64,000 nucleotides of DNA from a virus. Its lineage: Duplodnaviria; Caudoviricetes. This document shows, one piece after another, positions 38,861 to 48,963 of this stretch. How positions within the stretch are numbered: the first letter of the stretch is position 1; each line of letters begins with the position of its first letter. The notes below the pieces were generated by a model. That model was not told the origin of the DNA. It made no database searches and saw nothing but the letters and a program-made list of their open reading frames with translations. The translations under genes and the position numbers were made by a program. The stretch is taken from the IMG/VR virus record IMGVR_UViG_3300005076_000003, positions 17,911-81,910 of that record; one strand, 5' to 3'.

Positions 38861-41695
38861 ATGCAATTAATTAAATTTCAAAACACCAAAGTTAATCGTA
38901 AAGCTTTAACTGAAGCTGGTTATAAAATATATGATCCACACGCAACATTTAATCGAAAATCATGGATTATCATTGGAGATGATGGTATGTTATATGGTGT
39001 TGAAAGAAGAAACTTTGTTGTTGTAACTGCTGAAGAATATTTGGAGAAATTAAATGAAACTACTAACTAAACAACAAGCATTAAAAGCTTATCTAACAGG
39101 TTATACAATTGTGTACAATGCAAATGGTAAGTTTAAACAAGTTAATCAGAATACACGATTAAATGCTTCAAACGAATATTATGTATTAGGGTGTTAAGGA
39201 GATTTAACATGAGTGATCAATACGATGATGGGTTTTACGATGGACAACAAGAGCGGCAAGCTAATATTGATAAGGCCTTATATTTAATTAAGAAGTTTAA
39301 ACAGAACACTTCAGATGATCAAAGGTTGTTCTTAAACGATTTGTTTAATAAAATAGAGGATGTATTAAAATGATTAAATTCAATATGAATAAGTATGTAT
39401 GGTTTGAACCAACAGAGTTAGGTTTGCAAGTATTTGTAGATTATTATAAAGAATTTTCTTTTGATCATAAATTAGAAGTTGTAAACGGTAAGGCTTGTTT
39501 GTAGTTTCATGAGTTTATTCAAATTTATGGCGACTATATTACGTCTTATATTTGTAAAGATAAAGAAGTCTTTAAAAGGTATGAAGTGTGGATTGATGAG
39601 GAGAAGTTGTTATGATTGATATGTATTGCCAAGAAGTTGGTGTTGGAGATAAGGTTTTAACTTGGGTTAAGGAGGGTAAAGGTATTGAACTTAAGCACGT
39701 TGTAATCACTAAAGTAAATCCTAAGACAATTGAGTTTACTTATGATTATGTACCAACAGCTAAATACTACTCACCAAGTACAAATGTAGCTAAACGTAAG
39801 AGTAATCAGATTATGCTGTTACCACCATTTTAAGGGGGATGAAAATATGATTAAAGATGTAGACGGTAATGACATTAAGTTGCCTTATGGAACAATTGAA
39901 TTAGACGTAGATCAAGGGGGTTGGTGTTCCAATTATCGCGTAGACATTACGTGGACAGTTGACTACCATCGTCCTGATTTAGATTTATATCGTTATGAGA
40001 CATGTTCTAGTTTAGAGGAAGCTTTAGATTGGTATAAGAAGCAAGATTTGAAGACAAAAGGTGCTTAATTACAAAAGGGATTGACTTTAGGGTTGATCCC
40101 TTTCTTATTTTGTATTACACTTAAATCATAAATTAAAGGAGATGGACTATGAAAGGTAATAAGAAAACATCGCGCTACTTCTCTTGGTTATTACGAAGCA
40201 AGAGAATTCAGAACGAGTTCAAGGACTGGTTAGTAGACTGTGGATATGATGTGTATGAAGGTAACGGTTTATCATTTAATGAAGTTATTAAATTTAAATA
40301 CAAGAAAACAGAGGGTGTGTTGTGGGTGACAGGTTACGCAAATCCTGTGTTTATTATGTTGATGAAGAAATTTAAGGAGAAATGAAATGACTAAAGAATA
40401 CAAATCAGAGCTTGGTAAACTATACCAATCTAAACGAGAAGAAGCTCCACTAAACAAGATTGTATTTGACATATATAAAATGTTTGAATACTATATCGAA
40501 GTAGGGGAAACATTACCTATTCAGATTTCAGCGAAAGAATATAAAACCCTCACATCAAGACAAATATTGTGGGTGGTTGATCAACTGAAACAAAGAGGTT
40601 GTGTTGTTGAATATGCGATTGAGAAACGTCCTAATGGGGATAATAATTTTGTCCTTACTGATTTAGTTTGAGGGGCGATTATGAATTTTATTTGTGATCA
40701 ATGCGGGAATATTACAGAAGAAGATACATCACAATGCAATTGTTGTGGTTCTTATTGGTTTAGTGATTTTAGTAAAAATGAAGTGGTTTGCTCTAAATGT
40801 GATGTGATTATTCAAGATGGTTGGTCTTGTAAATACTTTGATGGTGATATATACTGCTTACATTGTGATTATTAGTAGGGGTACTATGTTATGAAATTTA
40901 TTAGTTTATGGAATAATTACGAATTTGACTCAATAGATTGGAACAATAATTTAATTGCTCTGTATATTGAGAGTCAATACTGCGTATTTCGTTATACAGG
41001 TAACGTAGAGTTATTTAAAGATGGTAATGGTGCAGGAGAGAGTTGGGACGATTTCTCACATGATATTACTACAGAGTTGGTGCATGAGTTAAGTGACGAG
41101 AATATTATATTGTTAAACTTCCATGAAGAGTATGTTGTTGAGTGGATTGCAGAACAAATTTATTTAGACAAGGAGAAAGGTAATGAGTGATTATGAGAAC
41201 ATTAAAGTAGAAATTAACAAAGAGCAAACGCTTGAGGATATTGTTAATGTTTTAGAAAGTAAAGGTTATGGTGTTGTGAATCATTACTTGCGTAACCACA
41301 ACTTTATAGTTGCAACAGTCAACTACTGCGGAGCTTTGAATTTTGATTACTGGAGTGAAAATATTAAGTTAGTCACACTAGCAGGAATAAAGGAGATGAA
41401 AATGACTAAAAGTTTTGAACAAGTGCTAGACCAAGAGAAGAATGAGTTAACAGAAGCTTTAATTCTATTTGGTGAAGGGAAGCGTGTAAATAAAGCTTTA
41501 GCTGATTTAGAAATGAATCGTCCTGAGTTTTACAAGTTTTATGAAGCAGGCAAACAATCCAAACAAGCTGAGATTGATGACCTAAAGAAGCGTATTGATG
41601 ATGCTTTGGAGAAGTGCTATACAGGTATTAGGAAACAAGGCGGTGACTACTATTTAGAGTTGGTTGAAGGTATTCTAAAAGGGGATACCAAATAA
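38861..41695 (+). other. Cluster of small early hypothetical CDS (38861-39070, 39054-39197, 39209-39373, 39612-39833, 39847-40068, 40149-40385, 40387-40671, 40681-40875 Cys-rich, 40891-41190 acidic, 41183-41695)
   Basis: Consecutive same-strand ORFs, mostly with RBS. Confidence 0.6.
39370..39615 (+). pseudogene. Phage hypothetical gene interrupted by an in-frame TAG at 39502
   Basis: MIKFNMNKYVWFEPTELG...KACL*FHEFIQIYG...EEKLL. The downstream half is coupled (ATGA) to the next gene. Confidence 0.65.
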
Positions 41696-41931
41696 TCTTA
41701 CAGGTTTTTGATATTCAAAATTGAATTGCAGATACTTTTTATTTAGGAGGTCAAGGTCACATACTTTGATTTCCTAAGATAATTTAAATCAGTATTTAAA
41801 AATCTTGAATATTTTGTTTTTAAGAGGTATTTCCCTAGTAATATCAAAACGTTGCAATATTTTAATTCGTTGCGGTACACAGAATAGGAAGTCAAAATCC
41901 TATAGAAAAGTTTAATTAGAGGAGTAAAGAA

Positions 41932-42708
41932 GTGAAAAGAGAAGAGCAATTAGCTTTGAAGAAAAGTGAATATGAGGGTAAGGTTTATCCAACAAAGAGT
42001 TATGGTGATATACTTGTGTTAGAGTATATCAACTATAGAGATGTTACCGTTAAATTTTTAAACACAGGAAACATCCGTAAAACAGCAACATCAGAAATAA
42101 GGAAAGGTGAGATCAGAGACAATGAAGCTTTTCCTGTATATGCAGTTGGTGTTATGGATATGCCTAACGAACTGAGAAGATGTCATCCTGTACCTAAAGA
42201 ATATAGCGTTTGGAATGGAATAAGACAGCGATGCTATAATGAGAATACTAGGGACAAACTTCCGTCATATAAAGACGTTGAGATGTCGGAGAATTTTAAA
42301 TTCTACTCTTATTTTAAAGAGTGGTGCAATCAACAGGTTGGATTTAACGAAGATGGTTGGCAATTAGATAAAGATATTCTTTCCAAAGGAGTTAAGCTTT
42401 ATTCTGAAGATACATGCTGTTTTGTTCCTGCTGAAATCAATTGTGCATTACCTAATAATAAGAAGGTTAGGGGAGCTTTCCCACAGGGAGTTATTTATAA
42501 TAGCACTAAGACACGTTATAGAGCTAGAATACAAAGAGGAGATAAGTGGGAATCGTTGGGTACTTATGATACACCTGAAGAAGCTTTCTATGCCTATAAA
42601 CCTGTTAAAGAAGCTCATATCAAATCTTTAGCAAACAAATGGAAAGATCAAATTGACCCTAAAGTTTATGACGCTTTAATGAATTGGACAGTTGAAATTA
42701 CAGATTGA
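41932..42708 (+). mobile_element. Free-standing HNH homing endonuclease gene
   Basis: WNGIRQRCY, LDKDIL, YSEDTCCFVP, VEITD end. Confidence 0.85.
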
Positions 42709-42731
42709 GAGCTTAGGCTCTCTTTTTATTT
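42707..42731 (+). terminator. Intrinsic terminator
   Basis: gagagc-ttag-gctctc followed by tttttattt. Confidence 0.8.
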
Positions 42732-43356
42732 ACCCATATTTAACTGTGAGTGCTTTTAGTATTGAGACCCTAAGTCCTTGATAAACATGACTAATGCCCA
42801 CTTTGGTTCGGACGCTTCGGTTACTGATTTTTTTGGCATTTGCTGTTTGACCTAGCGATTCTAAAAATTTTGTCACTTCATGCCAGACCTGTTTTTCCCC
42901 TAAAAGTTTTAGGTATCTGAATTTCGGTATAACTTCTTTCAATTTCAAATTCATTGGTACAAATAAAAAATATTTATCAATAATTAAAAATTTATAACTT
43001 GATTTAATTATAACTTTTAGTTATTAATGAATTGATTATTCATAACCTTAAATTCCTAGCTTGTATAAGCTTTACAGTTACAAAAAACTTTTAAAATAAA
43101 TTGACTTGAGTATGCTTATTAGTGTATTCGCATAGGCGCGTTTCCTTTATAGTGAAAAATGAGTTTTATAAGCTGCCAGCAGGTAACGCCACGTTTTAAG
43201 CCTTTCCTTATGCACTAATAATAAAACAAGCATTGAAAAAACACGGCACAACGTAAAAACATGCAAGGGATGCAAAAAACATTGTATTTTTAAAAGATAA
43301 TTTTATTTAATATTCAATTACTTATTAAAAACTTTATAATTAATTTAAAATAGGTG

Positions 43357-43385
43357 TTGACGCGGTTTTATAAATTTACTAATAT
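43357..43385 (+). promoter_or_regulatory. Sigma70-type promoter heading the pre-early-like block
   Basis: TTGACG-N17-TAATAT with AT-rich upstream element. Confidence 0.65.
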
Positions 43386-43434
43386 GACCACATCGGAAGC
43401 AATCAAGCTAAACGAACAAATAGGAAATAGTAAA

Positions 43435-43626
43435 ATGCGTTTTGAAGTGTCTTATCAATCTGAAGTTGCTCAACAAAACTTTGATGAAGCTAACACTGAA
43501 GTTGTGTATTGTTTTGAAAATAAAGCTCTAAAACAAGCTAAATTGCTAAAAGAAGCTGAACGTTTTGGTCGAGGCGTCTTGTTTGTTGTGAATGGTAAAG
43601 ATGTGCTAGAGCAAATTTGTTTTTAA
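43435..43626 (+). CDS. Hypothetical pre-early-like protein
   Basis: AGGA RBS; first ORF after the promoter. Confidence 0.6.
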   Translation: MRFEVSYQSEVAQQNFDEANTEVVYCFENKALKQAKLLKEAERFGRGVLFVVNGKDVLEQICF

Positions 43627-43709
43627 GTTTATATACAGTGCAATTTACAAGCTAGATTGCATTAATATATAAACACCGTGCAATAATGCACATTAAAAGG
43701 AAAATCACC

Positions 43710-44069
43710 ATGTCAAACTTTACTTTAAGCACTGTACTTGATTCTATTAAATCAGATGCTCAGGATGTTTTAAGCCGATTATCACAAGACGAAATCAACG
43801 AGCTAACGCCTAGTGATGTCTGTGACTTATTGGATGAGAATAGTTACTGTGCTCCTGAAGTTATTTACTATGCAGATGCGTGGGAAGTAGTAGCAGGATC
43901 GTCTTTTAATGAGTACAGTGCAGACTGCCTAGACTTTTCAGGATGTGAAAACTCTTTAGACTGCGTCATGCAAGAAGCCAATAGTTTAGTGAATGATGCT
44001 TATTATAGTGAACGTGAAGCGATTGCAGCCGACATTTTAGACGGTTTACAAAATGAGCCTCAAGACTAA
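43710..44069 (+). CDS. Ocr (T7 gp0.3)-like DNA mimic anti-restriction protein, putative
   Basis: 119 aa with about 26 D/E versus 3 K/R. MSNFTLSTVLD resembles Ocr MSNMTYNNVFD; VIYYADAWEVVA resembles Ocr PHYYADIFSVMA (Ocr sequence from memory). Confidence 0.65.
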   Translation: MSNFTLSTVLDSIKSDAQDVLSRLSQDEINELTPSDVCDLLDENSYCAPEVIYYADAWEVVAGSSFNEYSADCLDFSGCENSLDCVMQEANSLVNDAYYSEREAIAADILDGLQNEPQD

Positions 44070-44084
44070 TAAAAGGAAAGTAAA

Positions 44085-46699
44085 ATGAAAAAGCTTAAAT
44101 ATACATATTGGAGAATATTGCAACAAAATGGCGGTTATGGTTGGGATGATGTAGAACATTTTGACTTACACGCATCTACACTAACAGAGCGTAAACTGGT
44201 TGCTTTAGAATACATTAAAAACATGCCTAACTGCTCATACCGTTGGGTAAGCCGTAGGGAATTAAGCAAATAAACATCAAACAATGTGCATTGTATTAAG
44301 GTATTTAAAATGAAAATATTAACTTATGTCGATTATAAAGAATCTAACGTGGATAATCAATTATATTTAGATGATGACCTAATTTGCAACGAATTAAGAA
44401 ATTGCAGGGCGTTTCTAGTTTGGTTAGATTTAGAATTGATCAGCCAAGAAACCGTTTGCGACTCTTTTTGTGGGGAAAGAACGATTTACAAATATAAGCG
44501 CAAATGATTTAGGGTTAAACAAGCGTGCATTGTATTAATAGAGATATGATGCACACAATTTAAAACGATTTATATAAGTTTATTTTCGTAAACTCAAATA
44601 AGTGAGCGTATAAAATGATCAATCAAAAGCAACTAGCGTTAGAATTGAATGAAATATATATAGAATACTACAATGACTTTTTAACAGTGGAAAGATTTGC
44701 ATCTTATAAAGGTTGGTCATTATGGTTCACTAAACAAGCGATTAATTCAGGCAGAAAGATTAATCATAATCAAAAGTTATTGAATGAATTGTATTCTAAA
44801 TAAAAGGCATAAGACAATGAAACATATTAACGAATTAAACTTGAAACATGCTTTTATAGTAAATGATAAGTTTATTGCAATAAAAGCAAATAAGCGAAAT
44901 GTTTTAAAAGTACGTTCAAAGTGTTTTAGTAATTACCCTTTGTTGTATGTGGTTTTGAACGGTACACGATACCAAATTAGTGATAAACAATTTGATTTTA
45001 AACATGGCATTATATAAGGAAAGTTAAAATGAGTTATTTAGAAATTATGCAAGCGTTAGAACAAGGTCAAAAAGTATATTGGATTAATTCAGCTTATAGG
45101 GTACTTTTAGAAAATGGCAAGTTATACGAAATTAATGTGTACAATGAATCAATGTGCAGCTTGCAAGAATCACAATATAAAGATTGTTTTATTAAAGGTA
45201 TTTAAACAATGCTAGTAGTCAATAGGTACGAAAATAGACAGACTGGAAAGGTAACAATACAAGCTCACGTTATAAAAGGCAAAAAGCTTATTAAATCCTA
45301 TGCACCATGCTGTTATAGTTTAATCGATATGATTGCACAAAATTATAGCTTTTATTTATTGTGTGATGTTGATTATTATTCTAAACTTAAAAAAGTTAAT
45401 ATTGTTAATGCATGAAAATGGAAGGCTTTTAAAATGAGAGTTAAACAATTTAAACACTTTAAACACGTTGGTAAAGTTTACTGCCTAAACATTGGGGATA
45501 GTTTTTATATAAAATGTGGAAGTATTTTAAAAGTTAAAAATAAAACTTTTGATTATATATTCACACTAAGCGATGGTAAAAACTATACACCAAATCAATT
45601 GTATAATTTAATCAAGTAATAAAGTTTTAAAAGATTTACTGTAATTAAACTTTTAAAGGTGAAATATGAAAAGCTTAAACAAGCAACAAATTATTGAACA
45701 ATACAACAAAGGCTACACAATTGTCTTGTTTACTTGTAAAGATACTCTTCTTTTAAAACTAGACTATACAAGCGGAAACACATTAAACGAAATCTTAAAT
45801 ACTGGTTTATATCGTCATAATCAAGTGACGCATGGGAGAATCTTGTGATGAACTTTAAACAATATAAAATCACATTGAAAGAACAAGCTTTACGTTTAGA
45901 CGATAAAGGTATGTTATTCTAATAAGAGGATTAAAAATGAAAAAAGGTTTTCGACTAAAAGACGGTAGTGTTTGGACTATTATCAGTTATGACACTACGG
46001 AAGAATACATTGATAAATGTGACAGGGATGTATTCCCAAGTAACGTGTTAGAAGTAACAGGCGTTAAGTGGGAGAAAGGCTACGATCAAACACATCCATA
46101 TAATGCTAACTTCTCAGATTGTTTCTTTGATCATTTCAAAGTAGATGATGAACGTATAGACATTATTGTAGCAGACGTATTTGATTTAATTAATTGGGAC
46201 TAAAGATATGAATGCTAAACAGTTACAACGCATAAAACGTATAAAACAGCGTGCTTTATATGAATCGAAAGACTTACTATCCACTAAATTATTCAGCACA
46301 AAGAAGCATAGCTACACATTAGGCGATATGATAACGCTATTCAGCTTTATGATCCTACTATGTGCTTTTGTTTATATCAGTTTGATAATAGGTATTAAAT
46401 AATGAAAAAATAGTTTACACTTTCTTTTTAATTAATGTATAATCATCTTATACCGCCTAGCAAGGCAATTACTAAACAAGGGTAACAAAATGAAAACTCT
46501 AGTATTAAACGTAAACGGTAAAGATGTTTTATTCAGTACGAAAGATTGTACGTCTTCAGCAGACTTTTATTTTAAAGCTTATGATCTTGTATATAAGGCT
46601 TTTAATACAAGTAAGGAGCAATGCGAAATTGATCATGATTTATTTATGAGTACATTGTCAGTTATGAATAGTATATTAGACCATTTTTTAAGTAATTAA
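44085..46699 (+). other. Pre-early-like cluster of small CDS (44085-44273, 44310-44507, 44615-44803, 44817-45017, 45029-45205, 45209-45415, 45434-45619, 45666-45848, 45937-46203, 46208-46402, 46490-46699)
   Basis: Dense 58-88 aa same-strand ORFs with RBS, ending at a strong terminator. Confidence 0.6.
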
Positions 46700-46717
46700 A
46701 ACCACCCTTCACACAAT

Positions 46718-46739
46718 GCCCCTTAACTGGGGCTTTTTT
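46718..46739 (+). terminator. Intrinsic terminator
   Basis: gcccc-ttaact-ggggc followed by tttttt. Confidence 0.85.
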
Positions 46740-47039
46740 ACGTCTTAATAAAAGTATTCTATACAATGCACTATATAAGCGTATATAAAGTGATTATGTC
46801 ATACCGTAGCAGCTTAAACTATTAAACACGTTATAATAAGCATATATAAGTATATACGGGCATGTATTTAATTTAGCTTATTGAATTATTATCTTATAAT
46901 GATTATATTGTTCTATAAAATCTATCTGCTAATGTTATCTCTTATTCATTCTATTGTTTGACAACCTCTACCCCTTAAACAATTCTCCACTGGCTATACC
47001 AATAGTACCCTAACAAATACTAACAAATACAACTAAAAG

Positions 47040-47101
47040 TTATCCCTGAACGGATGTGAATATCCACAGTTTACTAATAGTTATCCACAGAGTTACGCAC
47101 A
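47040..47101 (+). repeat. Cluster of DnaA-box-like 9-mers
   Basis: TTATCCACA at 47081 (perfect), ATATCCACA at 47060, TTACGCACA at 47093, TTATCCCTG at 47040. Confidence 0.55.
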
Positions 47102-47168
47102 AGTACATCTGTTATGAATACATGCAAGAATGATAACTAAATTAAATGAATAAATATGCATGAAAGTG

Positions 47169-47197
47169 TTGACACTGTATGTGCAATTAACGATAAT
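47169..47197 (+). promoter_or_regulatory. Sigma70-type promoter
   Basis: TTGACA-N17-GATAAT. Confidence 0.7.
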
Positions 47198-47267
47198 GAA
47201 TACATACAAAGACAGTAAGTCTTAGTGATTAACACAACCAAGACACACCAACGAAAGTGAGAACACT

Positions 47268-47462
47268 ATGAACTTTCCAGTGGTTTTAATTGTAGTTAAC
47301 TTTGAGTTAGGTATATCATCAAAGAATAAATTTAGATCACGTACTGAAGCATTCACTTGGTTGCAAGATGAATTTGGTATGTCGTTAGATGAATTGCAGA
47401 ACTTAGAGCTCAACATACAATGGAAGAAAGAACACAAACGCATCTATATGATTGAGTGGTAA
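47268..47462 (+). CDS. Isolated small hypothetical protein
   Basis: ORF downstream of its own promoter. Confidence 0.5.
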   Translation: MNFPVVLIVVNFELGISSKNKFRSRTEAFTWLQDEFGMSLDELQNLELNIQWKKEHKRIYMIEW

Positions 47463-47467
47463 CATAA

Positions 47468-47521
47468 CCTAGCGACGGCCTAACTTAAGAATAGTATCAC
47501 TTAAGTTAGGGTACTACTAGG
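47468..47521. repeat. Inverted repeat / cruciform
   Basis: cctaacttaag (47479-47489), 10-nt loop, cttaagttagg (47500-47510), with outer cctag/ctagg. Confidence 0.8.
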
Positions 47522-47542
47522 AAAGGGTAGAATATTTTCTAT

Positions 47543-47994
47543 TAGATATTTCTATATTTTAGAGGGTTTTGATAATGAGGTGATGGTGCTTGTTAAACAA
47601 CACTTCTATAAAACTGGATATTTCTGATAGACCATAAAAATACGATAAGAAAAGCACTACTTCCTAAGAAATAATTTTTAAGGTAGGAATCCAATAACCA
47701 TAGGGGGTTAACAATAGAATAATAACAATAGAATAACAATGAAAGAACAATAGGATTGGTAGATATTTTGATACTAATTTTATTGTTAACTGATAGAGTG
47801 CTAGAGGTGCTTTTGATGTGGTGTATTATATTGATTTATTAACTTTGTTAGTATGGATATTTTAAGAATCTTCTTTATTAGTATTATTTATTTTATTATG
47901 TACCTATGGATATTTTTATTATAACAATTATTATCTTTTCTAACCAACACCCTTATCAAATTTTATGTGGTTAGATATTTCTGTGTTGATATTT
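47543..47994 (+). repeat. Array of seven T(A/G/T)GATATTT direct repeats plus AACAATAGAAT repeats
   Basis: Copies at 47543, 47615, 47760, 47854, 47907, 47972, 47986; taacaatagaata at 47709 and 47723. Confidence 0.6.
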
Positions 47995-48162
47995 TTCTTA
48001 CATATTTACTATTATATAAAGAAATTTTAAAGGAAAAGGGACAAAATGTCCTACCTAGAGAAAAATTAGATAAAACACAACTTTAGTATCGGAATATCAG
48101 ATAAACGCTAGTAACCACATAAACAAGAAAAAGAGAACAAGATTTCTCTCATTCTCTGTACT

Positions 48163-48963
48163 TCATTCAATAACACCTAAACTTCTTAGTTCGGATAACC
48201 ATCTTCTAATCGTTCTAACATTAACACCAATCTCTTTAGATATTTCAGAGTTAGTTGTCTTCTTATTAGAAGTGTAAAGAGCATACAACTTTAACTTCCT
48301 GTCATCCTTAACTTTATCTTCAACTAAAGCTAACCTTGTATGTACTTCTGATAGTTGATGGTTAGTTTGATCAACTTGTAAAGACAATCCGATTTGATTA
48401 ACAGCTAATAAGCTAATCATATGGTGAGCTTCAGCTAAAGACTTCTCTATCTCTTTCAACTTGTTATCTCTATCACTATTACTCTTAGCTGTATAAACAT
48501 AATTAATTGCTTGCATTGGTGTTTTCTGTTTGTTTGCTTGTCTCTTTCCTAAGTGCTTAGTCTTAGTTAATAACTTTTGAACAGGGTGTTCTAAGTGTTG
48601 TTCAAAGACTTTACCAGTGGGGAAGTAGTTGGTGTGCTTGTTGTCGTACAACAGTTTAACACAATCTTCTGTAGCTAAAGACATAAGAATAATATCCTCT
48701 ATCGTAGATACTTCTGTGTCAGATTCTAACACACCACTCCAAACCTGACAAACAGAATTAAATATATCAGCTTTCTTTTCTGGATCAGAGAAAGAACTTA
48801 AAATAGCTAAGTTCTCCCTATTGATAGTTTTCTGTAATCTATAGTTTTGAACTAACTGTTTTATTTGTTCATTCCTAAAGCTTTCAGATTGTAAGTGCTC
48901 TGTGTACTCCTTAAAATCAAACGGTTTGTATTCTTCTTCAGTCATCAAAATCCTCTTCTTCAT
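48163..48963 (-). CDS. Putative DNA-binding protein, coiled coil plus C-terminal HTH
   Basis: TNSEISKEIGVNVRTIRRWLSEL helix-turn-helix. Confidence 0.65.
   Translation of the reverse strand: MKKRILMTEEEYKPFDFKEYTEHLQSESFRNEQIKQLVQNYRLQKTINRENLAILSSFSDPEKKADIFNSVCQVWSGVLESDTEVSTIEDIILMSLATEDCVKLLYDNKHTNYFPTGKVFEQHLEHPVQKLLTKTKHLGKRQANKQKTPMQAINYVYTAKSNSDRDNKLKEIEKSLAEAHHMISLLAVNQIGLSLQVDQTNHQLSEVHTRLALVEDKVKDDRKLKLYALYTSNKKTTNSEISKEIGVNVRTIRRWLSELRSLGVIE

Noticed and set aside
42730-42954. Minus-strand 74-aa ORF
   Set aside because: It lies in the terminator and AT-rich boundary region with no clear RBS or recognisable motif; probably spurious.
47543-47994. CRISPR-like mini-array
   Set aside because: Repeats are only 9 nt and irregularly spaced, with no 25-40 nt repeat-spacer periodicity and no cas genes.
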